Shown piece after piece: positions 11,738 through 23,400 of a stretch of 64,000 bases of DNA (positions are counted from its first letter, which is position 1; each line of letters begins with the position of its first letter). The notes beneath the pieces are model-generated. The model had not been told where the DNA came from and ran no database searches. It worked only from the letters and a program-made list of their open reading frames with translations. The DNA is from Takakia lepidozioides (lineage: Eukaryota > Plantae > Bryophyta), in NCBI GenBank assembly GCA_030704615.1, contig CM060734.1:48546001-48610000 (forward strand). Direction: 5' to 3'. The position numbers and the translations under genes are program-made.

Positions 11738-11900
11738 TGCCAGCATTAGCCCAGTGGTAATGGGCACATACCACGTTGGATGTGGTTGTGGGTTCAAACA
11801 CGGTCTGGTGTGTCATGAAGGTGTCCACCTTTCAGCTGGAAGGCAGTAGCCCTTTGGGGTGAAGAGACACCATAAGTTACATTTCCTTAGGAAGGTCATA
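11738..11900 (+). mobile_element. tRNA-derived SINE, copy 1
   Basis: A-box-like TAGCCCAGTGG (11747-11757) and B-box GGTTCAAAC (11791-11799), followed by a ~95-bp body homologous to 46620-46793. Confidence 0.75.
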
Positions 11901-12226
11901 CTCTCTCTCTATGCCAGGAAAGCCCACTTTCTTATTTTTTGTGAATTTCCAGCGACCAAAAGTACTTGAAATTCGATCTCCCACACCGCAGGTCCAAAAA
12001 TCATGAGACCAAGCCCGTGCACCTCTCCTCACCGAGGGCTTTCCAATGGTACCAAGCACCAAGGCTGGCCCCGCGGTCTGGGACATCTTAACGTGACAAA
12101 ACAAAACAAACGTCTCGCAATATTACCCAGGCAACATATGTGGAAATGGAGGCAGAAATAGTGGGCGAAATTAGCTTATGTATTGTGGCAAACTCGCTAT
12201 CATGAAAAATTCAAGGTAGCACTTCG

Positions 12227-12402
12227 GGCACCATTGCCCAATTTCACAGAGCAAATTGGCACCACTGATTCAAATGAAACAACAGAGTCTTACGTACCAT
12301 AGCCCAATTTCAGATAGCAAATTGACACTACTACTATCGTAAGATAGAAAACGAAGGAGGCAGGCACCATAGCCCACTTAAATCACGCATTCTGGCACTA
12401 GT
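12227..12402. repeat. Three degenerate ~40-bp repeats with 26-30 bp unrelated spacers
   Basis: GGCACCATWGCCCAATTTCA...GCAAATTGGCAC units start at 12227, 12293 and 12363, with an internal CAATTT/AAATTG inverted pair in the first two. Confidence 0.6.
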
Positions 12403-12749
12403 CAAATAAGTCCAAAATGCATCATAGCCACCATGGCATGAAGAGTGGACAAATCCGAATGTCCTATGTAAACCGAGGGAATCTCACTACACTTGCGGAA
12501 ATGATGGTCCAAACAAAGGGAGAGGTCAGCTAAAGCAAATTAAAAGTTCTCAGATGCACTAGAAGACGCCAGTGTTAGCATACAAAAAGCAATTATATTC
12601 AAAGCTCTAAGTCCCCGGCCGAATGTTGCAGGCCCCCCTCCCTTTAAATGAGTAAGTCATTACAAGATCACAAGAATGATAGCAGAAAGCTGAAGTGAAG
12701 GGGCTGGTAAGTATCACCTGAGCACTTGCTCCTAATTTAAAAAAAAATA

Positions 12750-13295
12750 TGTGCGACCTCTAAAATTCGACGATCATTTATTTTGAAAAAATACGTACAA
12801 CCGCCGAAATTTGGCGATCGCATATAAATGTTTTCTGACAAATAAGTACGACTACCAAAATTCAACGGTCGTTTGTAATTTATTTTTAAAAAAATTAGTG
12901 CGATCGCAAATTCAGGCAGTCGCACATATTAGAAAGATAAAAATTACATGTGACCGCCAAGATTGGCGGTCGCATCAATTTTTGAAAAAGAAAAAAAATA
13001 ATTTTTTTTTTGTTTTTTTGTTTTTTTAAAATAGATTCGACCAACAACTGTCGGTCGCACTTATTTAAAAAATACAAATTATATGTGACCGCCAGCCCGC
13101 GGTCACACCTATAAATAAAAATTTATTTGCAAACACTAGCCTTCGCGATCGCACACATTTTTCAAAAAATAAAATAATTAAGGTTTTTCTTAAATAGTTA
13201 AGGTTTTTCGAAATTGGACACGACCGTCAATTATGGCGATCGAACCTATTAAAAAACACAAATACAATGTGACCATCACCCTTGGCAGTCGCAGT
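12750..13295. repeat. Array of ~10 palindromic GACCGC...GCGGTC units with AT-rich spacers (probable DNA-transposon subterminal repeats)
   Basis: Examples: TGTGACCGCCAAGATTGGCGGTCGCA (~12949-12974) and TGTGACCGCCAGCCCGCGGTCACA (13084-13107). Period is about 45-50 bp. Confidence 0.65.
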
Positions 13296-15181
13296 AACGT
13301 TTGTTGGCCATAACAGTTGCAAAGAAATTTTACCTAGGCTCCAAAATGTGGCTTTGTGCAGCCACGTATCAAAAACATGGTCACTGAACTCTTGAGCTTT
13401 GGAACCAGGCTCTTTCGGACTGCGAGGAAACATATTCAGGTCTTTAACAGGATCGGAGTTTTAAATTTCCAACTCGTCTACGGGTCCACCATGGAAATCA
13501 AGCCCGTGTAGTTTCTTTTGGGTCATTTCTACCTTGGCGTGTTTGTCACAGTGCGCTTTGATATGACCAAAGAAGTCATTCCCCAAAATCAGATCTGCAA
13601 TACGCACCTGCTTTATGAACCCTAAAAAAAATTCTTCCGCTGAGCATCTCATTCCCTTATTATAGCAAACTCCACGCCCTTTGCTGTCATCTCCTCCTCC
13701 GGTATAGTGGCGTAATATTCAGCCTTCATCATATCTCCGACCTCAGCGATTTCTTGCTGCACACTAAAAGACATTGGTTATCAATTGTACTGACATTGGT
13801 TGACTACCAATCATGGCACAATAGTATGAGAAACACAAAATAATTAGAGTCTCACCATGTACATCTATTCAAGGAAAGCCTCATGGTAAGTGAATACCAA
13901 GTGCCAGAGGCTTTCACACTCTCGCACTTCTTCATAATCTTCGGTGGAAGAACCAACTTGAACTCGTTTAGTTTCATAGTCCCGATTCGTTGCATCCAAA
14001 AAAAGATGTGGACCAGGTTAGTAGTGACGTGCCAGGTCTCTGTGGATCTGAAGAAAAAAAAGTATTGAAATGAGTTTGATTTCCATACTGATATTATGCA
14101 CTTGTGAATGATAAACCACGTGAAAGGAGAGAAACTCACTTATTTATGTCATGCATTACAGCCAGGTCAACAAACCATACTACCCGGGACCGGACACATT
14201 GGATAGGGTGAAAGAAGTGGTGGTGGATTATTTCAAGGGTAAAGACATGATGAGGCTAGAGAGTGCTTATGTCAGGCATGGATGGGAGGGTTTCAGATTT
14301 TCCAGCACAATATGGAGAGGAAAATGATGAACGTTTTGGCGGGGATTAAGTGAACGGCGGACAAGGACAAGCCGAAGTTCAATCGGTGAATCCAAAACAG
14401 GGCGAAAGATGCCACGTGGAATTTAAGGCAACTAATGAAGATGGAGAGGTAGAACAACCGAAGGTCGAGTGCCTTCTGCCGAAGCTGAGGTAATGTGGCG
14501 TGTCGAGTATTGGGTTTGCTCGACAAGTCAGAATTCACATTGCCGGATTAGGGTGGTCCCTTGGAAGGCGGGGTCGTCGGGCGGGGGGGGCACAACTGGT
14601 CTTTATTACCTGAACTCTAGTGCGAAGGTGGTAGAGATTGGCCCTCACAAAGCTACCCCAACCTCCAAACTTCCCAACCTGGTTCCGCAAGAATGTTAGG
14701 GTCACTATATATGTCCCAACACAAGTGGCAACTTCAGAGCGTCATGTGATCCGATCTCTTGCGTGGATGCATGCGACCTCTCCTCTCTCTGATATTCAAA
14801 CACGTCTGTCATCCAAAATGCTTAGGAGTCCAGCACCAATGCCTCCCTCATGTATCTTTTGAATAAGACATTTTTGGCTACCAATGTCAGTAGGTGGACA
14901 TAGGTGAGAAGATTTTATTTTATGTGCAAATGACATACCCTGCATCCCTTGACCCCACTCCTGTTGGTTAATGTCTCAGTATATAACCATAGCTATGACA
15001 TAGCTATAATATATCAAAAGCTATGATATATCACTGATTGATAGGATGACATATGATATAGCTATGTTATATCACAAGCACAGTTGTACAAGTCATTTTA
15101 CCACTGATACCGTAGTGATCATTGAATTTTACATGTATGTTTGAATAGGAGCAAAACTTATCCCTAAAATGGTGGATTCTA

Positions 15182-16645
15182 TCATAAGACGTTGTTTGCC
15201 GTAGCCTTGTGGCCATTGACCCCGCGCCCAGTTTGAGCGGGAACAAAAAGGACAAAACCTAGCTGTGTCAGGGGCTGACGTTGGTAGTAAGACTTACATT
15301 CATATATAGAATTATTCCGGGTTTTCCATATATCCTCTAGAAATCCCTTCACACAAGCATCAATCTGTTGTGTGTGATTTGCCCGAAAACTAGGCCTCAG
15401 GAGGGCCTGGGCTTTTGGCTCTGCCTCGAGACTTTCAAAGTTGGTAAACAGGGGTACATGCACAATTCCCTTGATAGATTTGAAGAGAGCGTCTCTTTGG
15501 TGAGAGAAACCCGGACAGTGCATCAGAAAATGAATACTGTCTTCAGATTGCCCACACAACGGGCAATTGCACTCTCCCTTTCCTCTCTGCTTCTGTTTGC
15601 TGTTCAAAGGTAGGCTTCCTACCCTGAGTTTAAATTTCAGTCTAGTGCCGAGAGTGGGTAGACCCTTGAGGTCATCCAAGATGTCCTCCGCCATGTCACT
15701 CACTGGAAACAAGTTCAGGGAAGTTTTCTGCCTAACTTCATTTTCATCAGACAATCTCATGGCAACATACATGGCTTTGGACATTACAGCCTCTAAGTCA
15801 GATTTATCCAACAAGGTCAAGACTTGCGGATCCAGGTCCAGGTCCTTGAGAATCTTTTCTACTCTCTTCTGCCAGGACTTAGCCTGTTTGACAGGGCAGT
15901 CCTGTTTCCAAGATATAGAGTCGATTAACTTAGGATATCTGATTTACATATGGTGCAGCTAACCCCACCATCTGACCTTGAATTCATCTCGTCGGGAGCT
16001 TAAGGACTGAATGCCAAACTCCCCCCAAACAGCCACATTGGCTGTTTTGGAGCATGCTGACATACACTCCTTAAGCACCCCCACTTGAATGGATTCTAGA
16101 GACTTAGCCTGGTTGGAGTTATCAACCCATATTGCAGATCCGTACTCCAAGGCAGGTCTAATAACACGACAAAGCATGGTTTTCTTAACCTCAGAGTTGA
16201 CCCCTCTGCAGTGGAAAAATTTAGTGAACCCCAGAGCTTTGCCCTTGCCAGTTTGAACAACTTTTCGGATATATGCATCCCAATTACAATTGGAGGAAAA
16301 TTCAACGCCCAGGTAAGTGTAGGAAGGGAGGCCGGGATCTCTTGGCTACCCCACTGCCACTTAAGATCACTTCCTCCCTCTCCTCTGTCGTTGAATGCTA
16401 CCATTGCACATTTGCTGACATTAGCCTCTAGCCCCCAAAGATCAAAGTATCTCTTCGCGCAATCAATCAACTCCTGGAGATTGGTTGGAGTCTCCCTTAT
16501 GCCTGCGAAGTCATCCGCAAGCATAAGGCTGGTATGGTGGTATCACCCACCCTTAACCCAAATCCCTCACTTTCCACATCCTCGAGGAGTTTATTGATGA
16601 AAACATTGAAGAGCATAGGGGAGAGAGTACGTCCTTGAGCTACAT
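15182..16645 (-). mobile_element. 5'-truncated non-LTR retrotransposon (LINE): RT plus C-terminal CCHC finger, degenerate
   Basis: VAQGRTLSPMLFNVFIN, MLADDFAG (YADD-like), LEANVSKC, IRPALEYGSAIW, KFKLRVGSLPL and CPLCGQSEDSIHFLMHCP, spread over frameshifted ORFs. Confidence 0.9.
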
Positions 16646-17412
16646 GACATGAGTTCATTTGTGATTCATTGCAGAGACATGTCAGGCTGATGGTACAGAC
16701 ATATCACCCTGTATCAAAACTTAACAATTGCAAACGACACTACTAATAGCTCCCAAAAAGAAGCAAAGGTAGACCCTTTCGGGAGAAAACAAATCACCCT
16801 GCCTTTATGAAAGGGAAGGGAAGGGAAATGATCCATAGAAACGATCCCCTGCACTCTTCAAGAAAGAACACAAGAACACGACATTCTCTGTCTGCCAGAT
16901 TGTGGGACGAGAGGGCCTCCCCCTCTAGAGATGCGTATCCTTCCGTCTCTGGCACATGCAAGAAAGGTTACTGCAAGACTTCTGATGTTGTGTACATGGA
17001 GACCTTAAATCCCCTTGATGAGGGGCATTTGCTACAAGACAGAGACAAGAGGCACCCCTAACAGCATTTAGCAATGGAGTAGATTATTGACCAAAAACTA
17101 GGCCTGTGTAGTCCAAAGACCAATGGACTATGCCTTCCTAGATATTTCTGCTTTCTTCTTACTATTTGTCCAACATTTGGCTTTCAGTGCTGAATCCCCT
17201 GAATGGAAGGGGATTTTGAAGGCAGGGCTAGCCAACTTTTTGTTGGCCACTAAATTCGTTTTCTCAAGAGTAGCTTATTCCAGAAAAGAGAATTTCCCAT
17301 GAGGCATGGACAGACACTGTGAATAACTTTATCAATATCCCTATGTTACAACTCCTTTGATATGCGGCATAGCTTTCTCATCTGGCCGCCTCGCCCCTGT
17401 GCACCAAATGAG

Positions 17413-20400
17413 CTACAAGTTCAGTTTTGCATATGTTGACGGATACCGTCGGGCCAGGAACTTCGCAACAGGGCCGTCTACCACCACCTGGAATTCCTCC
17501 CCCACAAATAAATCAGGCTTTCTCATAAGGTGATGTAACATTCTATGGGCTCGATCTATCTGGCCAATGATACCATTATAATTTTCCAATTTGTTGAGAA
17601 ATGTGTTGGAGAAGAATTAGCCATGTAATTCAAAAGCCGGAACGAAGCGATCATATCAGGATGGACCAATCTGGGATGAGCAGATTAGGTTCATATTTTT
17701 GGATATTCAACTTGACTGCCTAGACATTCTGTGAGACCTGATCTGTTGTGAGTTTACCACAGCCTGTGCCAAGCCCTAGGGAAATCCCTTAATGGGTCAC
17801 GAATTGTTCCACAAATTGCAATTTTAAGAACAAGCACATCCATAAACATAGTGACAAAACATCAGACTGATGAAAGCGAACCAGTCTACTAGACACAAAC
17901 CATGTGAGTGTGAAGAAAGAGGCGGTACACACTGACCTTTTGCCACAAAGCAATGGCAGCTAGATTAGCAAGAATGAGAATCCAAAGATGCAGCCGGAAG
18001 CTAAATGGCATCCCGGGGCTTGGTGCCCCTCCTTGAGCCTAGTGATCAAAACGAGGGACATCAGTTAGGTGATGCCAGAATTACACACCACTCAGACCAC
18101 CACTGGAGAGAAGAAATGGAGAGAAGAAACAAAGAGTATTACATCCAGTGGAAGAAATGGAGATCTAGAAAAATAAAATAAAATTTGTAATGACCGCAGG
18201 ACCATGGTACAAACCAGAAAAACAATAAAAGAAAAGAAAAAGCAAGGTGCATACTAATCTCCTCTGTATCTTTCAATTTTATCATGAGCCTCGGATGCTC
18301 TATTTTCTTGATTAACAAGAGTGGTGCCCCATGGAGATATCCTCCCTTGTCCCATCTCAACACACATTGAATGAAGTCAATCAAAGTACAGAAACACAGA
18401 CATGAGAGAGGCAAAGCTCTCTGGAGGAAAATAACAGTAAAATCTCACCTGGTAAGCCACCCATACAGGCGATTTGGAATTGAGGCTATTGAATGGCTCA
18501 CTGGCGACATGCCAGAGATGTGTGAAGCTACTGTGGGGCAGTAGTAGCACTACTGACATCAGAGTAAGTATGCCAACCCATGCACCCTGAGCACAGAAAC
18601 ATCAGGGAGTGTTATCAGCAAAGTGGAACAGTCTCCTTCAAGAGCCTCAGGTACGAGATTAGAGAATAGTGCGGATAACGGGAAAAGATAGAAAGCCCTA
18701 CGGGTCTAAAAGGTGGAAAGAGTTTCTTTCTTAAGGAAGGTATATATAAAATCAACGTCACCAACATTTCTAGACCTTTTTCCCTGTAGCATAGAGTGTA
18801 CCAAAAGAAACTAATGACGTGTTGAAAATAAAGTGAACGAACTTAGTAGATGCACTTACGAGCAGATAGTAGTTGAAAATGACAGGTCGGCGAAATGAGG
18901 CTCCGAAGGTGAAGATAAAAGCAGAGGAGATGAACTGAAAGTAAATGGTGAAAAATATGACTGTCGACTCCCAGTTGTCACCAAGCACCCACCATGAAGA
19001 ACCATGAGAGAGTCTGCCATACCAGGGAGCAGAAGCGTGTTAATAGGAGGAGACACCAGCAGAGAAAGAAATTTCCAGACAGAGATATGGAGTTTTGTAC
19101 CTTCCCTACCACATGACGTCATGAGGCCTCATATGATCAGCTTCACAGGCATTCCAAAAACAGGAGAAAATAAGATACAGCAAATCCACTGCTCTACATT
19201 GAGTCAGCATTGACAGTCAAAAGAAAGGAAAGCCATGTAATTGCCCTGATCACCATAGCTACACAATGAGAAGTGAATAGTAAAGATATGTGACGGACCA
19301 TGTAGATGAGGCTAGAGATCTGTCAGTGCAGCTGAGTCTACTGCATCCATCAAAGGGATTAACAGAGGCACATCAGACTCTGAAGTTACCACAAGAGTTG
19401 GCATACTGATAAGAAAAAGAGGCTGGGCCCGGAAGGAACATACTTGGCAGGCCACTTGACATAGTCGGATTGGGCAGTCATGAAGGAGAGAGCAGCCAAC
19501 ACAAATACAAGGTTGATGATCCAAACCCCAAGTACCGAGGCCACATTCTGTGGTCCTAGCAGACTGGAGGTTGGTCGCACCTGCCATGATCAACCATCTC
19601 ATCAGTCTGAGCAGTTTATTGTGCCCAATTTTGATGATTGTTGATGCCAGCAAAGCTATGACACGAGTGTGTGAAAAAACAGAAAAACCAACAAGGAGAA
19701 CCTTAGATTTCAGTCTCATGGAGATAGCCAGCTAAGCATTTCTACTACTTCCCATGATGAGTAACCTCCAACAGTCGCACCTCTCTCAAACCTTTTAGTA
19801 CACGCAGTGAAGAAGGAATAGAGATGATGTTCTATCTCCACTTCCTGCATGTGGTGCAATGGACAAATCCTATCCTCATCAGGTATGACGACCCATCTAC
19901 GCGTCTTGATCTGGAAGCTGTGTCAACCGACTCAGAAATTTACCAAAGCCCTGGTGATAGATGTGCAGAACGTGGCCGACAAGTAGACATGAGATACAAA
20001 TTTCTTGGTAGGTACGGAGTTTCGGGATGAGCCAGTGCCCCTCCAACCCATGTTCATTGTACATGAAAAGAGCATTTAATGACATGCAAGGAGAAGAAGA
20101 AGGAAAGAAAGGAAAAAAGAAAGAAATGATACTTTATAACGTCTGCAGAAAGCTCAAAGAATTTATGACAAGAGAAACCATGAAACAAGAAAGAGAGAGG
20201 GGCCCTCCACGACCACCCAAAAACGACCATTGCTCAAGGGATTGTCTAAGAGACAACGCCTCATGCAGAGATGTTGCTAACCTTCTCTGATGGAAGACCA
20301 CTGTCAGAGATTGGCTATCTCGGAATAGGCAATAGGAGCTCCACAGATCTCATAGTAGAAAGGACAGTGAAAGAAGAAATGTTATTCATTTTTTTTGGGC

Positions 20401-23400
20401 GCAAGCGGGGCACAGGCAATACTGTTGCTGCAGGTTGTCCACCTACTAGTCTCAACCTAACATCCCAAGTGGCCTCAAAAGAGAGGGGGATAGAGCTGCA
20501 GACAGGTAATTGGGCCGCAAGATTCTAGGTCATGGAGGACCAATAATGTCGTTTCATAGAACTGTAGTTTTGTTGTATTCGCTGGTTTCCAGGTTCGCCT
20601 GACATGAAGTGCTATAAGAGCTGAAATGAAATGGTACTTTATAACCTCCGACAAAGCTCAAAGAGGTACAGGGACAAGAGAAAGCAAGAAACAAGAAAGA
20701 GATGAACTTTAGAGGGAGACAGAGCACGAGCAAATTCGAAACCTGACTTCCCAAACAGATTTCAGAGCAGAGAAACCAATGAAATGAAATGGTACTTTAT
20801 AACGTCCGCGGAAAGCTCATAGAGCTTATGGGACAAAGATGGGTAAAGACATGAGAGAGGAAACAAAACCAGAGCCAAAAATAAAACTATTGCTCGAAGG
20901 ATTGTCTGAGGGTGACGGCCTCGTGCAGGTATGCGAAGGATTTCTGATCCTCATAGTGGAAGACCTCAGTGAGAGAAAGAGAGAAAATATTCTTTATGGG
21001 AGATCCAAAGGACGCAAGGGACATAGAACAGACCATAGAACTATGATGGCAAGGCGACAGAACAGGACCAAGAACTACACTTACGTGACCCGAAGGCGGA
21101 GTGTAGGAGGCAAGGCACTTCTGAGAGGGAAAGATATACAGAGTTCATACTTCATATAGAGTAAGTGTGGCTTCAAACCTTGCTGAGTTTCTTTGCAGGA
21201 TTACTGAGGGTCATGGAGTAGCCCAAGCTCAGCACAGCAACACCATCAATGAAGAGGTAGTCCATTTGGCATGGAATGACTCCATACCTGCTCTCAGTCA
21301 CAGTTAGGGCATGCTTCAGACTGTGATCCAAGCCCCACCTTAGTATGGGTTGCATTCAGATCTAACTGATGTACGACATTGCCTGGATGATTATGAAGAT
21401 AACTCTTGCTCTGATGTGAGGAAAAGCCAAAGTCAATTGACCACAATGCTTTGCTACTCTGTGAACTGGGGAAGGAGCATACCAATTTGCAGAGAGTTTG
21501 AAAATTGAAAAGCTCAAGCCATAGATGATGAGGAACTTATAACACGCAAATGATGTATGTAGAGCCCCGCGGCCTTCCCTCAATAATTCAACAACAGATG
21601 CGATCTGTTCAACAATCGCCTTCAATTATATGCCACCATCCTTAAAATTTCTGTTTCTAAATTTGGCTAGTGCAAGCTTTTCAACGTTGAGAGCTTGGAA
21701 TTCAAGTTAAGGTGTCCACTCGTTGAGCCATGAGTACTGCTAATCAAAGGCTTACTTGGCACCTGTGGCAGTGCAAAAACTATAAACCTCTACCCTCAGA
21801 TATCTATGCTAAATCTGGAATGGTGACACCTCTTGAATATAGAATGTACTCATCAGACGTTGTCTGCTGCAGCCTTGAGGCCATACACCCCCTTATTGAA
21901 TATCGAGAAGGCCAATGACAAATTTAGTGACAAACAAAGAGTTGAGGTGAACAAAAATCATGAGAAGGGGGGAAAGTCTTAGAACAAACCGTTTTGTCCT
22001 TGGAGGTGAAAGGAGACACAACAGAGGCCTCTGCCTCGCTGAGGGCAATACCAGCATGGGCTGAGCGAAGAGCACCACAATCGTTGCCACCATCCCACAA
22101 CATGCCCACCACAAGGCCACGGTCCCTGTGCATGTCCACTACCTTCACCTGAGCCCACAATTCCATGTTACTGCATGTTATGGGTTTCAACAAAGGACGA
22201 CCTGCTGTTGTCTCTCTTTTTCTGTTTTTCTATAAGCTCTTTGAGATTTCCACAGATGTTATAAAGTCCCATTTCATTTCATTTCATTTCTTGCTTTCTT
22301 TTAAAAGCCCAACATCAAGACTCATTAGGCAAGAGCTGAAGGACCATGTCAAGCAGACCAGGAGATCGGTGACACACCTCACAACTAGGTTATAATTCTA
22401 ATGACACACCTTTCGTGTCATCCTGAGGAAAGTATCTTACAGCCCAATCACTTATTTGCTCTCTCCATCTCTTCTCCAGGCATTGGGAGGATTGAGGGTG
22501 GCTCATAGAACCTGAGGATAGAGACTGGCAGATAGAATAAGCTTTAGGTTGAAGATTGAGACTGAAGAACATCTCTTCTTTCACTCTCCTCTCTACTGTT
22601 AAATCCTGGGCCGCTACAGTCAACACCTGACAGAGGTGTTCCATTATGAGGATCCAGATGCCTTGCAGCATATACATAAGGCTCTTCACTTAGAGAATCT
22701 CTTGAACTAGAATTCTAGTTTTCTGGTTGTGGTGACTGGTTATTGGGGGCCCTTCTTTTTCCAGAGCCCAGTCGTGGTTTCACGGCCCAGTCCTGGCCAG
22801 GACCCCGGCTACTCTCATCCTGAGAAATAAACACCCATTATCCACACCGTTGGGTTGGGGCGTGGAGTAACGATGGAAAACAAACCAACCTCATGTCTTG
22901 GGGAAATTGATCAAATTTGAAGTCTTCTATGTCCCTTAAACTCTATTCCCACCATGCCATAAACAGCATCTTACCTTATCTGCAGGGGTGAAGCGTGCAA
23001 AAATGCGAGTGAAGAACAGAAGACTGTCCATTCTGCCTGTCTTGCATAGCACGTTGAAGGCCTTCCCTGTGACAGCCAGCTCAGTGAGGCCCCCCTCCAG
23101 GCCTTTGCCATGAACCCTCAACATCTCATCTGTGCTCGATGCATGGCTAGTTCCATCACTGGTGGTGACCATGGGCTGCCATGTTACGCTGGTCAACAAA
23201 AGGGGCATTGAACACAGCTAATGAGAAGAAATGAAATGAAATGAAATGGTGCTTTATAACGTCCGCGGAAAGCTCATAGAGCTTACAGGACAAAATGGAA
23301 GAAAACATGATTGAGGAAACAAAACCAGAGCCAAGAATAAAAACTATTGCTCGAGTGATTGTTTAAGGGTACCTGCACGAGAAAGAGAGGGGTTCAATTC

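Noticed and set aside
11738-11815. Functional tRNA gene
   Set aside because: A/B boxes are present but there is no convincing cloverleaf, and homology with the second copy extends ~90 bp beyond the tRNA-like head.
12227-13295. CRISPR array
   Set aside because: Repeats are degenerate, spacers are low-complexity or few, there are no cas genes, and the context is eukaryotic.
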